Position numbers and translations under genes: made by a program. This document shows positions 1-10,300 of a DNA stretch of 64,000 nucleotides, piece after piece; position 1 is the stretch's first letter; every line of letters starts with the position of its first letter. The notes below the pieces were generated by a model, which was given only the letters and a program-made list of their open reading frames with translations, made no database searches and was not told the DNA's origin. Source of the stretch: Psilocybe cubensis (Eukaryota). Location of the stretch: positions 62,001 through 126,000 of the forward strand of contig CM039008.1 of assembly GCA_017499595.2 (NCBI GenBank). The letters run 5' to 3'.

Positions 1-20
1 AAGTAAGAGATGCGTTTCTC

Positions 21-3000
21 TTGCAGGCCCTAAACCACAAAATAATAAACAAAGAAGATAAGCGGAGGCTTAATAATTACTTTGTGGGAAAAGCCTACGA
101 GGTACCCCATAAGAAACATACCGAACCTAGCCAGAAGGTATCAGTATTACAGGGGAAAAAGTATAAGCCAGTAGCACAAAAAGTAAGACCCATCTATACA
201 GACCTACCAGACGAGTTCAGAATAGAACGAAACATAACAGGGGACCCGCTGGCAGACATGCCACCATTGAACCCACATCCGGTAGACTTCAAGCCGACCG
301 GCAGGTATACCAAAGAAAGAAAAGAAGCCATGGACAAAGTCCATGATGGCAACTTCCTATGGCCAGAAGAAAGAAAATTAGTACATAATATTGTTATGAA
401 TCAAGAACAAGCCTTCGCCTGGGAAGACAGTGAGCGTGGCCATTTCAAGGAAGAGTACTTTCCACCGGTCAAGATTCCCACCGTTGAGCATACGCCATGG
501 GTATACAAAAATATACCCATACCCCCAGGACTATATGACGAAGTCTGCAAAATAATTAAGTCAAAACAAGCATCGGGGGTGTACGAGTTGTCAAACGCAT
601 CATACCGGTCGAGGTGGTTTACAGTGATAAAGAAAGATGGAAAAAGTTTACGAATAGTACACAGCCTGGAACCGCTGAATGCAGTAACCATAGCTCACTC
701 CGGAGTGCCCCCGGGAACAGATAATCTTGCAGCACACTTTGCTGGCCGCGCATGTGGAGGAATCTTCGACCTATATGTGGGATATGATGAGCGAAAAATC
801 GACGAAAGGTTCAGAGACATGACGACATTCCAGACGCCGTTTGGGGCAATGAGGCTGGTCACCCTACCAATGGGATGGACCAACTCAGTCCCGATTTTCC
901 ATGATGATGTTACCTATATCCTGCGGGAAGAAATCCCTCAAGTAACTATACCTTATATTGATGATGTGCCCGTTCGAGGACCCGCTAATAGGTATGAAGC
1001 CAACGGACAATATGAGACTATACCTGAGAATCAAGGCATCAGACGTTTCGTATGGGAACATTTACAGAATGTAAATCGAGTCCTGCAACGAATGAAATAT
1101 GCGGGTGGCACCTTTTCTGGGTATAAATCAGTACTGTGTGCCGATGAAATCACTGTAGTAGGGCATCGCTGCACATACACAGGAAGGAAACCACTAATCG
1201 AACGAGTTAAGGTCATCACTAACTGGGGACCGTGCACCGAATTAACAGATGTACGATCGTTTTTGGGCATTTGTGGGACCTTGAGAGCCTTCATACCCAA
1301 ATATACAGAGCGGGCCCACCATCTGCAAAAGTTAACAAGGAAAGAACGACCGTTTGAATGGACTGATAAGCAGGAGTTAAGCATGAACTTGTTAAAAGAA
1401 GGTGTACTTAATGCAAAATGCTTGCTGCCCATTGACTATGAAAATGGTGGTGCTGTGGTGCTTGCAGTAGACACATCATGGATGGCAATAGGGTATTATA
1501 TCTACCAAGAGCCTAGTCAGAAAGGAGATATAACGAGGTTTGTAAAATTTGGATCAATAATTTTGCACGACCATGAAGCCCGATATTCACAGCCAAAACG
1601 GGAGCTTTATGGTTTAAAACGGGCTCTGGCGGAAAACAGGGAATTATTAATAGGTTGCAGAAAGTTGATTGTCGAAATGGACGCAAAATACATAGATGGT
1701 ATGCTTAGAAACCCGGACATGATGCCCAATGCCACAATAAACCGATGGATTGAGCAAGTAATGATGTATCATTTTACGCTGAGGCATAAGCCAGGAAAGA
1801 CCTTTGGACCGGATGGCCTATCTAGACGGAAACATTATGAGGGGGATGACGAACCAAGAAGCAAGAGTGAAGAAGTAACTGAATGGATGCTGCCGCCAAC
1901 AGAATTTACGGGAATGCCGGAGGGGCTGCTGGCAATAACGGAATTTAAAGATAGTATTGACCCCCGAGGCGGATACACACAGATAATTCCAAGTCCTGTG
2001 CCAAGTATATGCCAAGCCCCGGAGCCTATAGAAGCATTTATAGACGACTTAGAAATAGAACAAGGGCATCTGTATGGGGCAGCAACATCAACAGAAGAGT
2101 TTGCAACCGAGCTTCATACCGCCGACACCCTGCGTTACAATGAGTTGCTAGCGGTAGAAAATTGGTTAGCCCATTGCCTAACCAAGGCCCAGTTACCAAT
2201 CAAAGAATACGTGGAGCAATTAGTGAATATTCTAGCATTGCCCGCCGATGACGACACGGTTTTATATCCAGCAGAGATACGGCCAGCGGTGGCTCAGTGG
2301 CAGGATGAGCAGCTAGAAAGTGTGAAAGAATGGCTGAAAAACGGCCACCAAGAACGACCAGGAGTAAGTCAATTAGAACGTCGTAAATTCGAGAAGTTTG
2401 CGCGAAGGTTCTTTTTATATAAAAATAACCTATATCTAAGAAGTTACCAAGCGGAACACCGCCTGGTAGTAATTGATACGAAAAAGCGATTAGAGATGAT
2501 ACGAGCAGCCCATGACCATAACGGCCACCGAGGCTTCTATGCAACCAGTCAGCTGCTCAACAAGAGGTTCTGGTGGCCGGCCATGGATAAAGACATCAAT
2601 TGGTGGGTGAAAACCTGCCATCGTTGTCAGGAACGACAACAAACAATGGTGAAGTTGCGCCCGGTTTTAACACATACCCCATCCCTGTTTCAGACAATGC
2701 ACAGTGATTCTATGAAAATGTCCCCGCCGTCAAATCAATGTTCCACAATAGCCCATGGCAGAGATTATCTAACAAAGTGGGTGGAAGGGCAGCCGTTGCG
2801 GAAAGAGACGGGGAGAGCAATTGGGCAATGGATGTGGGAGGATATAATATGCAGATGGGGCTGTCTCACTGAAATTGTGACAGACAACGGTCCGCCGTAC
2901 GTGGCCGCCTTAAAATGGTTGGCCGACAAGTTTGGAATAGTGGGGATAAAGATATCGCCCTACAATTCCAAGGCTAACGGCAAGGTTGAGAGAATGCACT

Positions 3001-3707
3001 TCGACCTGCGACAAATGATATACAAGCTATTAGGAAAAGAAAATCTGTCTAAGTGGTATTGGTTCCTACCATTCATCTGGTGGTCAGACAGGGTAACCAT
3101 ACGAAAACGAATGGGGTGTTCCCCTTTCTTTTTGGTAACAGCCGCCCATCCCACACTGCCATTGGATGTCAAGGAAGCTACTTGGTTAGTCGACCCCCCT
3201 GCGGGAATGCTATCAAATGAAGACTTGATAGCCGCCAGGGCAGCGGCATTATCGAAACATCGAAAGCAAGTTGATAAAATGCGACAAAGGATCGATAAAG
3301 AAAAATATGACCAACTGATAAAGTACGAGCAAGATAATAAGGCCGTCATAAAAGACTATACATTCCAGCCTGGAGCCCTAGTCCTAGTCAGGAATACGGC
3401 GGTAGAATCCTCCCTGGACAGAAAGTTGAAACCACGATACCTTGGCCCTATGATTGTTGTGCGAAGGACAAGGGGCGGTTCTTATATAGTAGCAGAACTT
3501 AACGGGGCAGTATGGCAGTATAAAGTAGGGGCTTTTAGGGTGGTCCCTTACTATGCTAGAGAAAAGCTGCAGTTACCTGATGACATCGAGAACTTGGTAG
3601 ATGTTTCAAGAAAGGTACTTGACCAAATTGAAGAGGGACCAGACGATATTTATACGGCAGCGCCAGACTGGGATAACTGGGTCTGGCAAGACGACGAATC
3701 AGATTAA
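21..3707 (+). CDS. pol: Pol polyprotein (RT, RNase H, integrase) of Gypsy element 1; true start probably upstream or reached by frameshift
   Basis: 1228-aa uninterrupted ORF with RT motifs LPMGWTNS and YIDD, RNase H AVDTS...ELYG...DGLSR, integrase HHCC (AHDHNGH...CHRC) and DDE (HSD...TDNG...VERMH). Confidence 0.96.
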   Translation: MQALNHKIINKEDKRRLNNYFVGKAYEVPHKKHTEPSQKVSVLQGKKYKPVAQKVRPIYTDLPDEFRIERNITGDPLADMPPLNPHPVDFKPTGRYTKERKEAMDKVHDGNFLWPEERKLVHNIVMNQEQAFAWEDSERGHFKEEYFPPVKIPTVEHTPWVYKNIPIPPGLYDEVCKIIKSKQASGVYELSNASYRSRWFTVIKKDGKSLRIVHSLEPLNAVTIAHSGVPPGTDNLAAHFAGRACGGIFDLYVGYDERKIDERFRDMTTFQTPFGAMRLVTLPMGWTNSVPIFHDDVTYILREEIPQVTIPYIDDVPVRGPANRYEANGQYETIPENQGIRRFVWEHLQNVNRVLQRMKYAGGTFSGYKSVLCADEITVVGHRCTYTGRKPLIERVKVITNWGPCTELTDVRSFLGICGTLRAFIPKYTERAHHLQKLTRKERPFEWTDKQELSMNLLKEGVLNAKCLLPIDYENGGAVVLAVDTSWMAIGYYIYQEPSQKGDITRFVKFGSIILHDHEARYSQPKRELYGLKRALAENRELLIGCRKLIVEMDAKYIDGMLRNPDMMPNATINRWIEQVMMYHFTLRHKPGKTFGPDGLSRRKHYEGDDEPRSKSEEVTEWMLPPTEFTGMPEGLLAITEFKDSIDPRGGYTQIIPSPVPSICQAPEPIEAFIDDLEIEQGHLYGAATSTEEFATELHTADTLRYNELLAVENWLAHCLTKAQLPIKEYVEQLVNILALPADDDTVLYPAEIRPAVAQWQDEQLESVKEWLKNGHQERPGVSQLERRKFEKFARRFFLYKNNLYLRSYQAEHRLVVIDTKKRLEMIRAAHDHNGHRGFYATSQLLNKRFWWPAMDKDINWWVKTCHRCQERQQTMVKLRPVLTHTPSLFQTMHSDSMKMSPPSNQCSTIAHGRDYLTKWVEGQPLRKETGRAIGQWMWEDIICRWGCLTEIVTDNGPPYVAALKWLADKFGIVGIKISPYNSKANGKVERMHFDLRQMIYKLLGKENLSKWYWFLPFIWWSDRVTIRKRMGCSPFFLVTAAHPTLPLDVKEATWLVDPPAGMLSNEDLIAARAAALSKHRKQVDKMRQRIDKEKYDQLIKYEQDNKAVIKDYTFQPGALVLVRNTAVESSLDRKLKPRYLGPMIVVRRTRGGSYIVAELNGAVWQYKVGAFRVVPYYAREKLQLPDDIENLVDVSRKVLDQIEEGPDDIYTAAPDWDNWVWQDDESD

Positions 3708-3769
3708 AACATAGTAATACAAATATTTTCTGAGATAAAAATACAACGTATGAGGACAAAAATAAGTAC

Positions 3770-5044
3770 TTAGTGATGCGGGGCTGGAAGCTGAGGCCGA
3801 GCAAGTTGCTGAGATTGACGGGCAATCTCGCGCTGGCATACATCGAGTACCTGACGGGCGTGCGCGATCTCGAATTGCAAGCTGGCCTCCTCTGCACGAA
3901 GCTTGCGCAGGTTGCTTTCGGCAACAGAAACTGAGAAGGGTTTCTCAGGATGAGGGTCGGGCGGCAATTCGACACGCGGCCTTTTGAGAAAATGTTGTGC
4001 CTTGCGATACTGATTGTCATTAGGGGAAACGCCGACTTCCTCGTAACTAAGCAGGGCCACTTCGCGAGGCTAACAAAACATCGACATAACTAACAAGCTA
4101 TAAAAGCAAGAGGATAGCTACCTTGTTAGTGTCCGAAGGGTTGGGTGGTGCAGTTTGCGCTGAAACAGATGTCGGGAAGGCGTCTTGCATTGACGTTGAA
4201 GGTGTCAGTGCGAATGGCAGAGGTTGGTCGGGCGAGCTGACATGAGGAGTGGGCGGCTCAGCAGGCCCAGGCACCGCCGGAGGACCTGCAGGCGACGTAG
4301 AAGAACTGGGGTTGCCGTTATCGGATACGACAAGAAGGGGAGGGCCGGTGTCATCAATGGACATGGCCTGTAGCCGACGCATGAGTAAAGAAGTAAGACG
4401 GCGAAGAGTTCTTACTTCGTCGCGGTCATCCTAAGTAGTCATGAGTAGGCAGGAGGAATACACCAATAATCCACTCGCCTCGGAATCAATGTATGGCTTT
4501 GACTTGGGCTGTTTGCTGGCGCGGCCCCGCTGTGAAAACAGAAAGATGATAAGACAAGGAAGGAAGAACCCAGTGGTGCACAAACCTTAGGTTTGTTCGG
4601 CTTGTTTGTGTCTGCAGAATCGGATGCGGTAATTAAGCCGGCAACGGGCCCAGTCTGGGGACTCTGCCTTGCATGTTGAATATCGCGACAAATATGTCGA
4701 ACAGTGCCGCATTCAGGCGGAGTAATAGGTGCATTGGACACTCCGGAATTAATAACCTTATGAAAAAGTGTGCGAATGCGAAAGAATAGATTAACCGCAT
4801 CTTGGAAAGGTAGGAGGCCAGGGCCTCCCAAAGCAATCCAGGGCCCCTGATTAAATATGAGGAAATAACAAAATAAATGGTAACAACAACATACCATCTG
4901 ATGGACGGCACTGATGAGCTGCCCATATGCCATGTACAGTTGAGTAGTATCCCAAACGGGGTCTTTAATGTCGATAACCTTAGCTGCATCAGCCACAATT
5001 TGCGAAACCGTGGCAACCTTAGGCTCGGGGAGTACGGGGGCCAT
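3770..5044 (-). CDS. Six-exon antisense gene inside Gypsy element 1, about 340 aa, unknown function, C-terminal coiled-coil-like segment
   Basis: Exons 5044-4895, 4846-4586, 4529-4479, 4430-4416, 4367-4122, 4069-3770. Five phase-0 introns of 48-56 nt (four GT-AG, one GC-AG) join into one stop-free frame, MAPVLPEPKV...PQLPAPHH*. Confidence 0.8.
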
Positions 5045-5186
5045 GATGGTAGGTAGGACCATCCAGACAAGGATGGTAGCCTTAATAAACTTGAACCTGA
5101 AACAGAAAGTCAATAATCCACCCTGTCTCACCACAATAAAGGGTGGTGACTTCATAGTACTGAGACTGGGGACCCACTAAGCTGAA

Positions 5187-5225
5187 TGACTGAGGACAGT
5201 CACGATTTAAGTTGAGGGGGGATGA
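5187..5225 (+). promoter_or_regulatory. Stem-loop plus polypurine tract of element 1
   Basis: TGACTG-AGGA-CAGTCA hairpin followed by TTAAGTTGAGGGGGGATGA directly before the LTR TG. Confidence 0.75.
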
Positions 5226-6016
5226 TGTGGCATGAGCCAGTATGCGCATAGAATACGCCTGACCACAAAACCTGACCACTAATACTAAGTATGGTAACGG
5301 CTCGAGCAGCGCTAAGTCACGAGAAAGTGTGAGTCAGCCAGGCAGCACCGGAATGACCATACTCCGCTCTAACAAGGCAGCCCGGCAAGTGAAAGGCATA
5401 GTCAGTAACGCAACTATTGCCTTCCACGGGAACGAGCTGACCGGCAACATGAGCTCCCAGTAAAGCGCAGAAGCTATGAATTAACTAGAAGGGCCAATAG
5501 TCCAGAAAGTGGTCAAGAGAAACAAGTATAAGTGGTAGGAATATAGTTCTTGCACATGGTAAACCCTACGACAAGACGAAAATACACCATTATGGTAACA
5601 GAAAAACTATAAAGATAAAGCGATGTGGGAATCCTCGCGCGCGCACGGACGTGCTGAAAGGTATAAATACCAGAGGAAAGGGCCAGGAAGAAGCAAGCAG
5701 TCACCGTGGTACAGAACCGCATAAAAGTGAAGGCTTCTGATATTGATCACACCTACCAATTGGATTAGATTGATTGACAATTTGAGACCTACTTGATTGA
5801 TTGATTGACTACAAACTTGAAGTTGAGCCTGAAAACCAATTGATTGAGTTGACGCGTGATTGTCAATTGTTCGAATCTTGCATTAAAATTCATACTCTGT
5901 CCATATTGTAAAATATTAATATACACATTATCCCTGGACGAACTACCCTCCACCAATCTACAATATTGGTGAAGTCCCGTGTGAAAAGATACACTAACAT
6001 AAGTGAACTCGCCACA
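5226..6016 (+). repeat. 3' LTR of element 1 (about 791 bp)
   Basis: Starts TGTGGC right after the PPT, ends GCCACA, and has a TATA-like GTATAAATA near 5661. The right boundary rests on the inverted terminus only, because the 5' LTR is outside the window. Confidence 0.7.
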
Positions 6017-6662
6017 AACTACTTCACTGGACCTTAGTGCCATGACGCCTGTTCTGGACGACTTGCCATTCACTCACAGCTCACGAGATCCAGCGCAAAT
6101 TGTTGGTTCAGGTTACGAGTCTCGATTTCTACAGTTACAATAGGTCGCCAGCCTTTTCTGGGCGCAGTTGATTCTCATTTACTGATGTTGTGTTCAATAT
6201 CGATAATCCGGTCTTTTTTCATCGCCGTCAGCAAATCGCCAGCAGTAGCAGCATCCTTTATCCACTGAGCCCCGCTGTAGAGGACGCAACTGGCTGGATG
6301 TAATCCAAGCCAAGTGAGATAATCAACTGATATCGAGCTTAAAGACGTTAGAAATTATATTCAGTAAGAACTAATTTGTACTCGTTGTTGTGTTCTTTAC
6401 CTATACTAACCCTTTTGTTACAGTTCTCAACTCTATGCGCCTTTTATAACCCCAAGACAATGTGCAGGCGTCCGCTATGTTTCATATTTCCACACATTTC
6501 CCTAATTCTGCGCCCCAGGACTCTGGCGCTGTGCATGGATGGGCTTCCCCGAGCCAGTATTGTGTTCCACCAAACCTCTTCGTTATTCATGTCATACCCA
6601 GCAATTTCGCTACGTATCAAATGCCCAAGCTACGTCAGACTTTATAGCAGTCGTTTGCACAC

Positions 6663-7230
6663 TTAAATAAGGGGGGATTTTCACCCCAGCCAGGATTGCA
6701 CCCCGAGGTAATGTCTTAGCACATCCATTGCTGGATAGTGTGGGACTAGGGGTATTGCCTGTCACGGGCTCACCCGACACCCACTAAACCCCGGTCTCCC
6801 TGAGCCAGTCGTCCTGCAACAGGTGTCTGTTTGCCAGCACACCCCACCATGTAGCCTCGACCACATCTGCTTTTAGGGCGAGCTTTCCGTACCGTATTCT
6901 GTTGGTTGCCAGCATTTCTGCTCTGAGGCGCGCGTTTAGAGAGGCTAGTACTCTCTTGCGCATTGCAGTTGGAGGAGGGAGCTTCAGCGGGTCGCTACCC
7001 TCTTGAATCCTCCGCCGGCCGTGTTCCTTCCATATGAGGTGTGCCGTTTCTGAGAGTAGTATGGTGCGTAGGCGGCTGGCGCCCTTGAGAGGCCTACCAT
7101 TCTCCGCTCGCACTCTCCACATCTGGGCACCCAGGACTTGGCCTATGGAGGGGGCCGTGTAGGGGAGGTTCTTCAGTTCCCGGACTTCTCTTGCGGCCCT
7201 CCACGCCGCTCTCCTTTGCTGTTTCGTGGC
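6663..7230 (-). mobile_element. 5'-truncated non-LTR retrotransposon (L1/Tx1-like LINE), ORF2 C-terminus plus 3' UTR
   Basis: ORF 6784-7269 contains RLRTILLSETAHLIWK...LNARL...RYGKLAL...TWWGVL...DDW...GV, the pattern I recognise from the ORF2 end of basidiomycete L1-like elements. It is a GC-rich island against its flanks; boundaries are approximate. Confidence 0.75.
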
Positions 7231-7981
7231 GGGGAAATTACGTGCCAACACCATGAATCTATGCATCACTCAGCTGCCAGTGTTTTACCAGTTTCAGGAC
7301 CCGGTCACTATACTCACTGCGTCTTTACTATCCAAATATCCCTGCCCACCAAATGTTTGAATACGGCGACAAGGCCCCGGACCTTCACACGGCATGGCCA
7401 CTGCCACCTGAGTGGTTTTTTTTACTATCATCCCAGAATAAGCAAATCCACATCGCTCATACAAGGACAATGTCAATCCCCGCTCATCATCAAAAATGTA
7501 CACTCCATTTTTGACGTCGATTAAGACACGAATCAGATTGAAGGGGTGTGAAAGGGTGGTGCGTTTGCGTTTTAGCGAGTAGAGTCAGGGTCCAATTGAA
7601 ATAAATGAAGTTATTGGTAATATGTTTCCAACTGTCGATGTTGATCAAAAAGCCGTGAACACGAAGTGCCGAATGCCGAAACGCTGTGCGCAGCAATATG
7701 ACCCACGGTCACTGTGCGTCGTGATTATCTCGGAGATATTAGCTCAAGGAAAACCAGTGTTATCTGATCTCTTATGTCGCTCTGGGACGACATCGCCTTT
7801 GATATGCGATGTTTTTATGCTATCCCACCTTCATGACAGTGTTAAAATGTGCTCAAGGTTATCAGGATATTCAGTGTCTCCAGAGGTATTTGTATTCTTT
7901 TTGATTTTCATTAGATACTACCTACTTTCTGTTGGCTAGCATCAAACTAGGGTACTGCACCCCTGAATCCTCCTATGGATA

Positions 7982-9897
7982 TTATGTGGGCCTCATGACC
8001 TGGAAGGTGAGTCCTCCATCCTTTTTTCGGTGACGTTCACGCTTCTCGATCACCAAGCGCCCTTGCGAGAACCCTTCAGCTAGACAGCGCGGCTGTGCTG
8101 GCTGCAACAGGGGTCTTGGTGCGGCCGTCAGGGTCGCTGCGACCCTGCTCACACTCCCCTCTTGGTCCTGTAGAACCTCGGTCTGCGCCGAGGTGCTCGT
8201 TCCACTGCCACGAACCAGCGGAGATGCTGTCCGTGGCCGTTTGGCAGCAGAGGGGGATTTGCCCCTGGGTAGGAGAGGGAAGGAGGAAATGGAATGTCAG
8301 AGGTTAAGGGGAATGGTAAAAGGTGTGTTATACATACTCATTGCTCTTTGCCGCTGACAACCTCCGCTTCCGGGTGTATCTGGAAGCAGTAGCGACTTGC
8401 CTAATTTCGAAAGGTACAGTCAGTTGTCGTGTCATGTTTGTTGACTTGACTAAGTGAATGGACGCATACCTGTCGCCATTTTGAGTTGTAGAGTGATGGC
8501 TGACCATCCTACAGAATCGAAAAAGCGTCAGATTCGGTTTTTCACTCTGAAAATGAGAAAAGGGAACAATTTATCATACCCTCCATTGCCGTGTCTGAAC
8601 TTATCGAGAGGCTCGACGGGGTTCCCCCCGGAGCTCTCTTCGCAGTTCAATTTCGCCCACATGGATCCCTCTTGATTTGTTGTTTCCTTTCCTCTGATAT
8701 AGGAGTGGAAACTGTCGGTAGAACTTCCTGGGAGGATAGCACGGCTCCCAGGGTTATAATACAACACCTGTTTCTCAACGCTTTCAAGCGTTGGAAGCAA
8801 CTGTTGTTTTCGTTTTTCATCTTCTGTGACTACCCTCGTAAGGGTATTCTCCACCTGTGCTCGTGGGTCTGAGTCAATGAGCCAGATCCCACCATGAAGA
8901 ATGTCGATGTATCGACTTCCGTGCACATTTTTCGGGGCCACACTCGTGGACGCGGTTGACAGATAACTGGGATTCCTGAAGAAGAACATTAGTTTGGAGC
9001 AAAGTCTGGGACAATAAACACACCCGTCAGCCACGTCCGGGGATGGATATTTCCCAAAGTTTTCAAGCGGTCGAGATTGGCATCTGCTTGATAATGCCTG
9101 ATGAATGGCGAGTGGGTGAGTTGCAGGCGCAAATAACCGGGCAGATGGTGGGGTGTGTATATTTGATGGGGCGTTCATAGAGGTTGAACTGAGCCCAAAA
9201 GCTGCCGTGGCCGATTCGACAGTAGACTCTGGAAAGATGTTGCGTGGATTGGAGGTAGGCATATATTCTGAATTTGTTTGAGGGAATCAGTCAGACGACA
9301 ACCTAAACAAGGCTGTTGGAGGATGTGTGGTTAGCGGGCTGAATTGAAAACATGCAGCATTAAAATCTTACGATTGATGTCTTCAACACTTTGAGGAGGA
9401 TAATTTGGTAATGATTCCGTCGTAGGCTGCAGGGAGGGCTCAAATGTCGATGAAGAAGTTGAAGCTTGTTGATAACCGCTTATCGAAGACACTTGAGTGG
9501 ATGAGTTGGAAAACGGTGGGTAAGAGTCGAATCCTGCATCCCACTCTGCGAATACTATTGTTTATAGCCATGGTCAGATAAATTAATCTAATCCGTGGCT
9601 TACTGTTCACATCTCCCAAATCTAGAGCGGGATAAGACGACGGCTCGACAAATGTTGGTTCAACGGAAAGATCAAGGTGTCTTGAGAGGAATTGAATCTG
9701 TTGAGAACCAGTGCTGGAAGAGCCTTGGGGGCTATCTGAAGCGAAACACAGCGACGGTTCTCTCTCTGGTGATATCCTTGAACTGTCTGAGAAATGGTCC
9801 ACGATCGATAAGAAATCCAACTTGATTAATTGGTGGGAGTGTATTCACCGGCAGAGAGTCCAGAGTTCAAAAAGTCATAACTGGAAAAACTGTACAT
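7982..9897 (-). CDS. Orphan multi-exon gene A, copy 1 (Ser/Thr/Pro-rich, unknown function; intactness uncertain)
   Basis: Spliced ORFs from MYSFSSYDFLNSGLSA through RYIDILHGGIWLIDSDP and SSGGNPVEP to LTFQVMRPT*. Peptide blocks and several intron positions are shared with the copy at 46.6-47.9 kb. Confidence 0.6.
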
Positions 9898-10039
9898 ATT
9901 CCTGGAGTCTGGAGATGGATTGCGCTCTGGGGGGCAGGGTTTGGGGGTGACAATGTGGAAAGGAAGAAAGGAATGATTTGCTACGGTGTGAAGGGTTATT
10001 TCTTTTAAGCTAGTGCAGGAAGACTCGTCGACTCATCGT

Positions 10040-10300
10040 GTATAAAATGATGTTTCAACCCTTTAGGCAATAAAATGCTATGGTTTCCCATGAAAACACA
10101 CAATCGACCATTGTCTACGCCTATGGCCGCACCAGTTCCCTGACGTGCCGAGAGAAACGACCTGTCATCCACCTCATGTCCTATTTCCATCACACGAAGT
10201 GTGATTGGTTGATATATCATTTTTCATAGGTCTAATTATAATACAGCAACCGGTTACATCGAGGTCGATGTCCCTACATCAGGTGTACCTATTAGTCGGA
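10040..10300 (-). promoter_or_regulatory. Highly conserved block upstream of gene A copy 1 (promoter or small ORF)
   Basis: Near-identical runs with 48090-48370, e.g. TCAACCCTTTAGGCAATAA, TTGTCTACGCCTATGGCCGCACCA, CCCTGACGTGCCGAGAGAAA, TGTCCTATTTCCATCACAC. Confidence 0.55.

Larger units (their letters stand above)
1..6016 (+). mobile_element. Ty3/Gypsy LTR retrotransposon 1, 3' portion (gag and 5' LTR lie left of the window)
   Basis: Long pol ORF in RT-RNaseH-integrase order, a polypurine tract at about 5209-5225, then a segment bounded by TGTGGC...GCCACA inverted termini. Confidence 0.93.
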
